Assembly: GCA_009841225.1 (NCBI GenBank)
Contig: VXMF01000008.1
Coordinates: 17,763 to 81,762 of the forward strand
From: Terriglobia bacterium
GTDB taxonomy: Bacteria > Acidobacteriota > Terriglobia > Bryobacterales > UBA6623
Reading direction: 5' to 3'
DNA length: 64,000 nt
How positions within the stretch are numbered: position 1 is the stretch's first letter; every line of letters starts with the position of its first letter. Of this stretch, positions 52,854 through 61,955 are shown piece by piece. The notes under the pieces are model-generated. The model ran no database searches. It had not been told where the DNA came from and saw only the letters and a program-made list of their open reading frames with translations. The translations under genes were made by a program, and so were the position numbers.

Positions 52854-53644
52854 TGCACCCATCCGCAGAATTCCTCCACGGGCTGTTCGGTCTCGATTCG
52901 CAGGTCGCGATCGTCATCGGCGGCACCGGCGTGCTAGGCGGAGCGCTATGCGACGGTCTCGGCGGGGCGGGAGCCCACGTGATCGTGGCGGGACGCTCGC
53001 GGGAGCGCGGCGAGGCGCGGGCCGCGGCGATCCGAGACGCCGGCGGATCGGCTGATTTCGCGCCGGTTGACGTGACGTCGCGCCAGTCGTTCGAGCAGTT
53101 GCGCGACGGCGCGCAGTCCAAGCACGGACACCTGGACATCTTGGTGAACTGCGCGGGCGTCAATTCCGCTGTCCCCTACGAGGAGATCAGCGACGACGAC
53201 TGGCAGAGGGTGCTGGATACCAACCTAAAGGCCACCCACTTGGGTTGCCAGATCTTCGCGCCGGTGATGGCTGCTCAGCAGAGCGGGGGCTCGATCCTGA
53301 ACATCGGCAGCGTCACCGCGCACCTGCCGCTGTCCCGGGTCTTCGCCTATTCGGCTTCCAAGGCCGCGGTCAATAACCTGACCAAGAATGTGGCCCGCGA
53401 GTACGCTCAACAAGGGGTGCGGGTGAACTCGCTCAACCCCGGCTTCTTCCCCGCCGAGCAGAACCGCAAGATCCTCCAGCCGGAGCGCGTCCGGAAAATC
53501 ATGGACCAAACGCCCATGGCGCGATTCGGAGAGCCGCCCGAATTGGTCGGCGCGGCCCTGCTATTGGTGGCCCGGAACGCTGGCAGCTTCATGACCGGTG
53601 CCGAGGTCTTTGTTGACGGCGGCTTCACCGGGATGCGCTTTTAG
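52850..53644 (+). CDS. Short-chain dehydrogenase/reductase (sugar-acid oxidoreductase-like)
   Basis: GGTGVLG, LVNCAG, NIGS, YSASK, PGFF, DGGF; 4-bp overlap with DUF309. Confidence 0.9.
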   Translation: MMHPSAEFLHGLFGLDSQVAIVIGGTGVLGGALCDGLGGAGAHVIVAGRSRERGEARAAAIRDAGGSADFAPVDVTSRQSFEQLRDGAQSKHGHLDILVNCAGVNSAVPYEEISDDDWQRVLDTNLKATHLGCQIFAPVMAAQQSGGSILNIGSVTAHLPLSRVFAYSASKAAVNNLTKNVAREYAQQGVRVNSLNPGFFPAEQNRKILQPERVRKIMDQTPMARFGEPPELVGAALLLVARNAGSFMTGAEVFVDGGFTGMRF

Positions 53645-53674
53645 CCGCTCGTCCGATCTCCCGGCGACGCGATG

Positions 53675-54205
53675 TCAAGCCCGCTGCGTCGTCTCAGCGG
53701 CAGGTGCTCGGCCAGCCCGCCGGGCACTGAACCCGCTCTGTCGCTCTCCCTGCAACCCTTGCACGTAGTCTTCCACCCCGAAATCGGGCTTACGACACTC
53801 GGCACTGAAGGCAGCAAGCCAGCTTCCTGCCGACCGTTGGAGGCTGTGCTGCTCCCTGCGAACAAACGGGGACTTGGGCGGCCTGCTCGCGACGTCGGCA
53901 ATCACGTTCAGCAGGGCATTGCCGTTCTCACCCAGATCGCTGGAATACCGCTCTGAAATCGACTTCAAGCTGTCGGCGAGCCGCTCCCACGGCTCCTACT
54001 GCCGCTTCGCAATCCGCTCTGGCTTGTTGATGCACAGGACAGCAAGCGTCGCTGGAACGAACAACTCGAGCGGAACCTCGCATTTCCACGATGGTGCGAG
54101 AAACGACTGGAACCTCTTTCTGAGCTGTTTGAAGCTGTCCTTCTTCACTTCGAACCTGGATAAGCAGCACAGCACAAAGAGGGACAGTCCGGAGGGGCTG
54201 TCCAC
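53675..54205 (-). pseudogene. Unrecognised reading frame interrupted by one in-frame TAG
   Basis: ORFs 53996-54205 and 53675-53968 are in the same frame, joined by ..KRQ-TAG-EPWERLADSLKSISER..; codon third positions look GC-biased. Confidence 0.4.
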
Positions 54206-54509
54206 GCTGCAGCGATGAGCCTCTCGGGCCGGACCCAGAGGGCTCGAACCGGTGCAGATGCGAGGGGGGCGTGGCGGCGCGACGGGACATCGACAGGATC
54301 AGGCCGAAAAACCACTTGCGGGCCCGACGCCGGCAGCCTATTTTCAGCTCTCACGACGCCGAATCGGACGCGATCGCAACTTGGTGTAGAGTCGAGGAGA
54401 AGCGCGCTTGCCGTAGCGCGAGGGAGTAGCAGTTGGCCGGTTGCTTTCGCTTGCTACCGGCGCCTCAGTCTCGCGCACAGCCACGTTTCTTCTCCCCACT
54501 CATCGAACC

Positions 54510-54628
54510 GAGCGTGCGGGATTCCGCTACGCTGCTTCTTCGTGGGTAGACTGAACAGGCGGAATTCCAGCATTAAGCTGCACCGGGAGATCGGCGTATC
54601 GCAGAAGGCCGTGTGGTTCCTCGTGTGA
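54510..54628 (+). pseudogene. IS1595-family transposase remnant
   Basis: Translation NSSIKLHREIGVSQKAVWFL-stop resembles the IS1595 HTH consensus GISSxQLHRELGVTQKTAWF. Confidence 0.65.
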
Positions 54629-54764
54629 GCGCCTCGTAGAATCTGCCTGTGACACTCACGAACCCAAGCATCGTCGGTTGTCGGTATCGGCGTCGGGGCA
54701 CCTGCAGACATCGGCGCGCGCTTCGGCACTTACGGAATCAATACGCAAGAATGGAGGTCAAGTC

Positions 54765-55715
54765 ATGCCAAGTATTCTCACAGCAGAACTCGTTTCTCGA
54801 TGGATAGGAGTTGCTGCCCTGGTGGCCGTTTGCGCCGCCGCTCCCATGCCCGCAGAGGCACAGAGCCGGAATGATGGTGAACAGCCTTTCGTGGCCGGCG
54901 AGGCGCTCGACTTGTCGTCGAACGCCAAGACCTACGGAGGTTTCCGATTCGCCGAGAGCATTGTCTACGACGAGACGCGGGACCTGTACGTCGCGGTCAA
55001 TGCCGGAATCGCACAGAATCTCGTGCCCAACGACGGCTACGTCTCGCTGATCAACCCCGACGGCTCCGCCCACACCCTGAAGTGGATCGGTGTCAACCGC
55101 AACGGCCTGACACTGAACCACCCGCTCGGCAGCGATATCGCCAACGGCCTGCTGTATGTGGCTGACATCAACGTCGTGCGCTGGTTTGACATGCAGAGCG
55201 GCGAGCCGCGAGGCAGCGTCGCCGTGGAGGACGCGCTGTGGTTCAACGACATCGAGGTCGCCGATAACGGGACCATCTGGGCCTCGCAGACCGGGACCGG
55301 GGAGAGCGACACCTGGCGCCTCTATCGCATCTTGCCCGACGGCGGCTCGTCGGTTGTCGTCGAGGGAGCGCCGCTGGCCCGGCCCAACGGCGTCGCCTTC
55401 GATCCGGACGGTAACATCGTGGTGGTGAACATCAACGACAACGCGGTGCTCACCTTCTCCACCGACGGCGAGCTGGTCAAGACCGAGCACGCGGTCGATG
55501 GCGGCAACGACGGGCTGGTGATTCTCGAAGACGGCACAAAATACGTCTCCAGCGTCAGGATCGGCACGGTCTCGCGCATCCGGCCGGGACAGGAGGCCGA
55601 GGTCGTGGCGTCCGGTATCCCGAGCGCCGCCTCGATGTCGTACGACCCGAAGCGGAATCGTCTGCTCATCCCGATGAACAACTGGAACGCCATCACCATC
55701 GTCGAGCTCGACTGA
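54765..55715 (+). CDS. SMP-30/gluconolactonase/LRE-family six-bladed beta-propeller, exported
   Basis: Signal peptide; FAESIVYD, WFNDI, PNGVAFDPDG, GNDG; preceded by GGAGG; start placed at 54765. Confidence 0.85.
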   Translation: MPSILTAELVSRWIGVAALVAVCAAAPMPAEAQSRNDGEQPFVAGEALDLSSNAKTYGGFRFAESIVYDETRDLYVAVNAGIAQNLVPNDGYVSLINPDGSAHTLKWIGVNRNGLTLNHPLGSDIANGLLYVADINVVRWFDMQSGEPRGSVAVEDALWFNDIEVADNGTIWASQTGTGESDTWRLYRILPDGGSSVVVEGAPLARPNGVAFDPDGNIVVVNINDNAVLTFSTDGELVKTEHAVDGGNDGLVILEDGTKYVSSVRIGTVSRIRPGQEAEVVASGIPSAASMSYDPKRNRLLIPMNNWNAITIVELD

Positions 55716-55999
55716 GGAAGCGGCCCGCCGCTGCAATCCTTGCCCTGCGCAGTTCGACCAGCGTGCCGGCGGGCCTCCCCTGCCGGCACGCGGCGCTGCC
55801 GTTGGTTCCTACCCCGAAGCTCGTCAGCCACATCTTATTGTCCTGGTTGAGGCGGAATCGGAGAGGTTGGTGCCTGCTTCCACGTCCTGTGCAATCGGCG
55901 GGGGGCTTCGAAGGCCTGCCATGTGCTGTCCGGGCAGACGTTCCCGGCGTAGCCGACGGCTGGGTCGAACGTGCGGACGAAGCGGTAGGGCCCCAGGCC

Positions 56000-56270
56000 G
56001 GGCGGAAGAGTGTGGGTCAGCAGCAGGTCGATGCTCGTGCGGGCGGGCCGCGCAATGACGATTGGCCTCCGGCACTCAGCGGCACGCGGACTGGCAGCGG
56101 ATGATCGAGATCGCCGCATGGGTCAGGCAGGCGAGGTGGCGCGGCACGTCGCGCACCCACACCCGGCAGCGATCCTCGTCGTGCGTGAAGTCCCGCACGG
56201 AGTGCAGGCGGTACTCTCGATGTGCCAGTGGTTGCGGATCAGCGCCGCCAGCTGCGTGGGCGTGCTGATC
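56000..56270 (-). pseudogene. ISAs1-family transposase C-terminal remnant (frameshifted)
   Basis: Manual translation LAALIRNHWHIE / frameshift / RLHSVRDFTHDEDRCRV..PRHLACLTHAAISIIR matches the ISAs1 consensus IRxHWxIENxLHWVRDxxFxEDxxR. Confidence 0.75.
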
Positions 56271-56284
56271 CGGCAGCAGCGCGG

Positions 56285-57871
56285 TCAGGCGGCGACTCGC
56301 TCGGATCTGGCCGTTACGGGCGCGCCTTGCACAGGAGGATCGGGGCGACCGCGGCGATGGCGGCGGTGTTCTTCCAAGCCCTCCCTAATGATGCGCAAGA
56401 AGCTGGCCCGATTCTGCCACAGCAGCGCGACCCAGTGGCGCTTCTTCATCTGCGGGAAATAGATTCCGCGAAATGCCATCCGAGTGAAGAACATCACAGC
56501 CCGCTCGTGGTACGGCCGATGCTTGATCTGATCTAGCGCCCGCTCCGTCGATTCAGGGGAATAAGACTCCGTCCAAGCCTGATGAACCTCTTGCTCGGCC
56601 GCTTCGATGCTGATGTGTTCCGGCGTGTAGGCCATGCGGAACGGCCGGAAATCCAGCCAGTGCTTGGGACGCGTCAGCCGCCCCTGCTCCATCAGGCGGT
56701 CATACAGGGGTGTCGCCGGATACGGGGTCATCAGTCCGTACACCGGCAGCCCAGGAGGCCAGCTCGCAATCGCATCGAGCGTCTCTTGAGCCACGCCCGG
56801 ACGGTCGCCGTCCATCCCGAAGATGAACGAAGTGATCGAATAGATGCCCCGGCTGGCCAGTCTGTCCAAGACCTGTCCGTACAGGTCCGGCTTGTTGAAA
56901 CCCTTGTTGACGTCCTTGAGGCTGGCCGGGTCGATGGATTCCAAGCCCATGAAGATCCAGCGGCCGCCGCTCTCCTTGATCAGATCCGCCAGCTCTTCGT
57001 CCTTGAGCAAGTTCATGCTGATCTGCGCCACCCACGGTATCTGGGCGTCTTGGGCGATCATCTCCCGCAACAGCGATTTGGTGCGCTTGACATTAATCGC
57101 GAAGTTATCGTCGATGAAGAACACCGCGACCCGGCCGCCCTCGGCTCTTGCCCGCGCCTTCAAGCGCAGGATCTCGTCGATCACGCTCTGGTTGCTGCGA
57201 AAGCGGATCGAGTCTCCGAAGAAGCCTGTAACGGTGCAAAAGTCGCAGCCGTACGGACAGCCCCGCCCGGATTCGATCGGCACCACGTAGAGACTCTTCC
57301 AAGTGCTGCCCGCCTTCTCCAGCAGGTAGCGGCCCCACTTGGGAACCTTGGCAACCAGGTCGAACTGCCGCAAGTCCATCGTCTCCCAAGGGATCTGGGG
57401 ATAGTCTTCCAGCGACGGCTTGATCTCCGCGCCCGATTCGTCCACGGGCATGTAGACTTCCTGCAGCTGGCCAGCGGCGGCATCGTTCACGATCTTCGGC
57501 CACAGATCGTCGGCCTCGCCGAGGGCAACAGCGTCAGCGTGGCGCGGTTCGCCGTCCTTGCCGATCGGCTCGTTGGGCACCTCCGTGACATGCGGGCCGC
57601 CCATCACGACCTTGGCTCCGGCGGCCCGAATCGCGTCGGCCATGCGATAGGCCCGGGCGGCCATGCGCGTCATCGCGCCGATGCCTGCCAGCTCGATGTT
57701 GTTATCGCGGACAAACTGCGCGATGCTCTCCTCGGTCATGCTCTGGGCATTGCCGTCGATGAGGAACACCTTGTGACCGGCCGGCGTCACAGCCTGCAGA
57801 ACGAACATCCACAGGTGTGGCATGTAGTTCTTGGTGACTTGGTTGTCCGGGTTGTAGAGAAGAATGTTCAC
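56285..57871 (-). CDS. Cobalamin-binding radical SAM protein (class B methylase-like)
   Basis: N-terminal B12 domain (AYRMADAIR..VVMGGPH), SGRGCPYGCDFC CxxxCxxC, FFIDDNF, GLES, FIFGMD, TPYPATP; GTG start at 57871. Confidence 0.9.
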   Translation of the reverse strand: MNILLYNPDNQVTKNYMPHLWMFVLQAVTPAGHKVFLIDGNAQSMTEESIAQFVRDNNIELAGIGAMTRMAARAYRMADAIRAAGAKVVMGGPHVTEVPNEPIGKDGEPRHADAVALGEADDLWPKIVNDAAAGQLQEVYMPVDESGAEIKPSLEDYPQIPWETMDLRQFDLVAKVPKWGRYLLEKAGSTWKSLYVVPIESGRGCPYGCDFCTVTGFFGDSIRFRSNQSVIDEILRLKARARAEGGRVAVFFIDDNFAINVKRTKSLLREMIAQDAQIPWVAQISMNLLKDEELADLIKESGGRWIFMGLESIDPASLKDVNKGFNKPDLYGQVLDRLASRGIYSITSFIFGMDGDRPGVAQETLDAIASWPPGLPVYGLMTPYPATPLYDRLMEQGRLTRPKHWLDFRPFRMAYTPEHISIEAAEQEVHQAWTESYSPESTERALDQIKHRPYHERAVMFFTRMAFRGIYFPQMKKRHWVALLWQNRASFLRIIREGLEEHRRHRRGRPDPPVQGAPVTARSERVAA

Positions 57872-58254
57872 AGTGCATCCGGCCGCTTGGATTTCGAGGA
57901 CGCTTGCAGCCGAACGCCAACAAACCCGAGGCACTACACAGAGTGTCGTTGTGCTCCAAAGAGAGTAGCACGGAGTGCCCGCCGTGTGACGGCGAGCAAG
58001 GCCTATAACACTCCCTTGCCCGAAACGCGGCCGCGCGGCTAGGCTTGGCCGCTGAACACAATCAGGGCCTAGTCCGCCCGATCGCGGACTTCGCCTGCTC
58101 TGGGCGAAGCTCGCGAGGACTTCCAGCGCGCTGGCCAAGAAGATCAGCCGCCGCCCGAAGATGCCGCATGAGGTTCCGCAAGGGCAGCCGGGCCCAGATC
58201 TGTCGGACGGCCGCAACGGTTGCGGCAAGCACTTCCATCTACTACGCTTGCAGT

Positions 58255-60672
58255 GTGCGCTTGGCACGATTCGGAATCTGCATCTGCGCAGCCGTGCCGG
58301 CTTGGTCGGCACCTGCCGCAGTCCTGATCCAGCCCTCCGATATCAGGCTCCAGAGTCCGGGCGAATCCCAGCGCATCGTGCTGTCCGGAGGATCGGGCTG
58401 CGAGACATCCAGCACGGATCCAAGAGTGGCCGCGGTTGAAGGAAACCGCGTCGTGGCACACGCTCCGGGGCAAGCTCGAATCGACGTGCGCTGCGCCGAT
58501 GGATCGGCTGCGACCACCGTCCAAGTCGGGAACCGGCGCTCCGCTATGGGAGTCGGCTTCGAGCGCGACCTGCTTTCGATCCTTACCACCAAGGGCTGCA
58601 ACTCGTCCGCGTGCCACGGCTCGCCGGCCGGCCAGAACGGCTTCAGGCTTTCCCTGTACGGCTCGGACCCCCGCTTTGATTACGACATGATCGTGAACCA
58701 GCATGCGGGGCGGCGAATCTCGGCCGAATCGCCGGAAGACTCGCTACTGCTGGCCAAGCCGAGCTTCGCGATCGCTCACGGCGGGGGCCAACTCATGACA
58801 CCCGCGTCGGACGAATACGCAACCATCCTCGAATGGTTGCGGCAGGGTACGCCGTACGGTGCGGGCGGCACGCGGTTGGAGAGACTTGAGATCCATCCGG
58901 GCGAGCAGGTGCTGACCGGCGCGGGCCAGCGCCAGCCCGTCGTCGTGGTCGGCCGACTTTCCGACGGCTCGACGCGCGATCTGACCGCGGAAGTCCGCTA
59001 CGCCGTCAAGGACGAGGCCGTCGTGACACTCGAAGACGACTGGACCGTCACCGCGAAGGCTCCCGGCATGACAACCGTTATGGCCCGCGCAATGGGCAAG
59101 GCAGCCGCGGCACAGTTTATCGTCGTCGAAGAGTCGCCGAGCCGCGGCCTGCGGTTCCCCGATCCCGCCAATTTCATCGACGAGCATGTCTTCGACAAGC
59201 TCCGCGACGTCGGTGTCGAGCCGTTTCCGCTCAGTGACGACCGCACTTTCCTGCGTCGGGTGTACCTGGACACTGTCGGAGTCCTGCCAACGGCAGGGGA
59301 GGCCGAGGCCTTTCTTGCGAGCGACCGCCCCGACAAGCGCTCGGCCCTCGTGGATCGGCTGCTGGACAGCGAAGAGTACTCCACACAATGGCTAGTGAAG
59401 TTCGAGGACTGGTTCCGGAATTCCCAGTACTACTCCCAAGGCCGCACCAACGGCTCGTTCAAGCGCTGGCTGCACGACTCGATCCGCGAGGACTGGCCCT
59501 ACGACGAGATGGTGCGCGCGATGCTCACGGCCGAGGGCGACACCACGGTGCGCCCGGCCGGCAATTTCTGGCATCCAGCGATCGACTTCATGCTCAAGAA
59601 GTTCGAAGTCGAGAAGGCGGTGCCAACCATCACCCGCTTGTTCTTGGGCCAGCGGCTCGAGTGCGCCCAGTGCCACAACCACCCGCTGGAGAACCTCACC
59701 CAAGACGACTTCTACGGGCTGGCGGCCTTCCTGGCGCGCACGCGGGTCAAGCACGGCTATGGCCAGTACCGCAGGATCTGGTACGACGACCGGCGCGGAG
59801 AAATCGAGCATCCTGTCACCAAGCAATCGGTCAAGCCACGCTTTCTGGGCGGCGAACAGCCCGAGATCCCTACCGGAACGAGCCGCCGTGAGGTCCTGGC
59901 AGACTGGGTCACGCGCACCGAGCAAACTCAATTCGCCCGAGCCACCGTCAATCGCGTGTGGTACGAGTACTTCCAGCGCGGCATCGTCGAGCCCTTTGAC
60001 GACTTCCGCTCTACCAACCGGGCCACGCACCCGGCACTGCTGGACGATCTGGCGCGCTACTTCATCGATTCGGGCTTCCGCTTCAAGGCCCTGCACCGCC
60101 TGATCCTCAACTCCAAGACCTACCAGCTCTCGGCTCACGTGCCGGGCCGCCCGGGAGGCGAGCGGCCGCTCGAGGACGCGCTCTTCGCTCGCTACCTGCC
60201 GCGCAAGCTGCCCGCGGAAGTGCTGCTGGACGCGATCTCGCGAGTCACCGGCGTCGCAGAGGAATTCAACAACTACCCGGCCGGCACATCCCCCAAGGAA
60301 CTGATCGCGAGCATTGGCGCCACGCACTTCCTGACCACATTCGGCCATCCGCGCAGGGATATCATGGAAGCGCGTTCCAACGCGCCCTCGCTGGCCCAGG
60401 CCTTGCAGATGATGAACGGCGACGTGCTCGCCGGGCGCATGGAGGCGGAGGGGTTCGTGCTGGACACGCTGTTGCGGCAGGGGCTGAGCGATGGCGCGAT
60501 CATCGACACGCTATACGGACGGGCCTTCTCGCGCACTCCCGAGGCCGCTGAGCGCGAGGCTCTCGAGGCCTACCTCGCAGCCGAATCCGCGGCTGGACGA
60601 GACCGGCGGCAGGGCTTGGCAAACATGCTCTGGGCAATCCTCAACACGAAGGAATTCCAGATGAACCTCTGA
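58255..60672 (+). CDS. Ig-like + DUF1549 + DUF1553 c-type heme protein, copy B
   Basis: GCNSSACHG, GFRLSLYG, FLRRVYLDTVG, RLECAQCHNHP, TVNRVW, PRKLPAEVLLD; start placed at GTG 58255 by the signal peptide. Confidence 0.92.
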   Translation: MRLARFGICICAAVPAWSAPAAVLIQPSDIRLQSPGESQRIVLSGGSGCETSSTDPRVAAVEGNRVVAHAPGQARIDVRCADGSAATTVQVGNRRSAMGVGFERDLLSILTTKGCNSSACHGSPAGQNGFRLSLYGSDPRFDYDMIVNQHAGRRISAESPEDSLLLAKPSFAIAHGGGQLMTPASDEYATILEWLRQGTPYGAGGTRLERLEIHPGEQVLTGAGQRQPVVVVGRLSDGSTRDLTAEVRYAVKDEAVVTLEDDWTVTAKAPGMTTVMARAMGKAAAAQFIVVEESPSRGLRFPDPANFIDEHVFDKLRDVGVEPFPLSDDRTFLRRVYLDTVGVLPTAGEAEAFLASDRPDKRSALVDRLLDSEEYSTQWLVKFEDWFRNSQYYSQGRTNGSFKRWLHDSIREDWPYDEMVRAMLTAEGDTTVRPAGNFWHPAIDFMLKKFEVEKAVPTITRLFLGQRLECAQCHNHPLENLTQDDFYGLAAFLARTRVKHGYGQYRRIWYDDRRGEIEHPVTKQSVKPRFLGGEQPEIPTGTSRREVLADWVTRTEQTQFARATVNRVWYEYFQRGIVEPFDDFRSTNRATHPALLDDLARYFIDSGFRFKALHRLILNSKTYQLSAHVPGRPGGERPLEDALFARYLPRKLPAEVLLDAISRVTGVAEEFNNYPAGTSPKELIASIGATHFLTTFGHPRRDIMEARSNAPSLAQALQMMNGDVLAGRMEAEGFVLDTLLRQGLSDGAIIDTLYGRAFSRTPEAAEREALEAYLAAESAAGRDRRQGLANMLWAILNTKEFQMNL

Positions 60673-60683
60673 GGAAATCCGCT

Positions 60684-61955
60684 ATGCAGCTTTCCGAAAT
60701 GCGCGCACGCTACTCCCGCAGGGACTTCCTGCGCATGGGCGGATTCTCGATCGCCGGTATCTCGCTCCCTCAACTGCTCGCCGCCTCGCCAGGGCGTAGC
60801 GACATGTCGTGCCTCGTCTACTTCCACACTGGCGGGCTGTGCCAGCACGACTCGTTCGATCCCAAGCCTGACGCGCCGCGGGAGGTGCGTGGCGGATTCG
60901 GCACGATCCCCACGACCGTTCCAGGAGTGCGGTTCAGCGAACTGCTGCCACGCAGCGCGGCGAACTTCAAGCGCCTCTCTGTGATCCGGTCGATGTTCTC
61001 GCTGGAGGCCATCCACGAAAAGGCCAAGCAATACGCCTTTTCCGGGCAGCGGCCCAACAACGCCTACAAGCACCCGGTCTACGGCTCGGTAGTGGCGCAC
61101 GAATTCGGCACTCGCAACGGCCTGCCGCCATTCGTTGTGATTCCCAAGAAGGACATCTGCGCGGAAGCAGGTTTCCTAGGGTCGGCCTACGACCCGTTCA
61201 TAGCAGGAGATCCTTCCAAGGAGAAGTACTCCGTACAGGACTTGACCCTGCCGACAGGCCTGGGGCTGGAAGAAGCCCGCGGCCGCGCCCGCCTGCTCTC
61301 CGCGCTGGACGCACGGCTCGAGGCTGTCGAGAAATCCGGCGTGGTCGGCAGCATGGACCACTTCTACCAGAAAGCCCTCGACCTGGTCAGTTCGCCAGAG
61401 GCGAAGCGGGCATTCGACATCGGTTCAGAGCCCGACAAGGTGCGCGACGCATACGGGCGCACGACCGGCGGCCAGGGCGCCCTGCTGGCCCGGCGGCTGA
61501 TCGAGGCAGGCGTGCGATTGGTGACGCTCTTCCACGGCGGCTACGACACCCACTCCGACAACGACAAGACCAACAAGAAGCTGTACCCAGAGTTCGACCA
61601 ATCCTTCAACGCGCTCTTGGAAGATCTGGATGCTCGGGGGCTGCTCGATTCGACACTGGTCTTGGCGATCGGCGAATTTGGGCGCACTCCGGAAATCAAC
61701 CACTCGGCCGGGCGGGACCACTGGCCAAGCGTGTTCTCCATCGCGGTCGCGGGAGCGGGAGTGCCCGGCGGCCAAGTGATCGGCAGCTCGGACGCGATGG
61801 GTGCGGAACCGACGGAGCGGCCGATTTCCATCGAGGATCTGGGCGCGACGATCTACAGCAAGCTGGGTATTGACACGCACACGCAATACCACGCGCTCGG
61901 GCGGCCGATCAGGATCAACGATGGCGGGGAACCGATTCCCGAGCTCTTCGCGTAG
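60684..61955 (+). CDS. DUF1501 family protein, Tat substrate, copy B
   Basis: SRRDFLR Tat motif; GGLCQHDSFDPKP, SVIRSMF, YDTH, GEFGRTP, GRDHWP. Confidence 0.92.
   Translation: MQLSEMRARYSRRDFLRMGGFSIAGISLPQLLAASPGRSDMSCLVYFHTGGLCQHDSFDPKPDAPREVRGGFGTIPTTVPGVRFSELLPRSAANFKRLSVIRSMFSLEAIHEKAKQYAFSGQRPNNAYKHPVYGSVVAHEFGTRNGLPPFVVIPKKDICAEAGFLGSAYDPFIAGDPSKEKYSVQDLTLPTGLGLEEARGRARLLSALDARLEAVEKSGVVGSMDHFYQKALDLVSSPEAKRAFDIGSEPDKVRDAYGRTTGGQGALLARRLIEAGVRLVTLFHGGYDTHSDNDKTNKKLYPEFDQSFNALLEDLDARGLLDSTLVLAIGEFGRTPEINHSAGRDHWPSVFSIAVAGAGVPGGQVIGSSDAMGAEPTERPISIEDLGATIYSKLGIDTHTQYHALGRPIRINDGGEPIPELFA

Noticed and set aside
53996-53998. Programmed amber read-through (pyrrolysine) at in-frame TAGs here, at 42878-42880 and near 22140
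   Set aside because: No pyl genes or tRNA seen; all three lie in decayed accessory patches, so nonsense mutation is more parsimonious
56285-57871. Naming the B12 radical SAM as hpnP or hpnJ
   Set aside because: N-terminal signatures do not match my recollection of those families and there is no hopanoid cluster context; left unnamed
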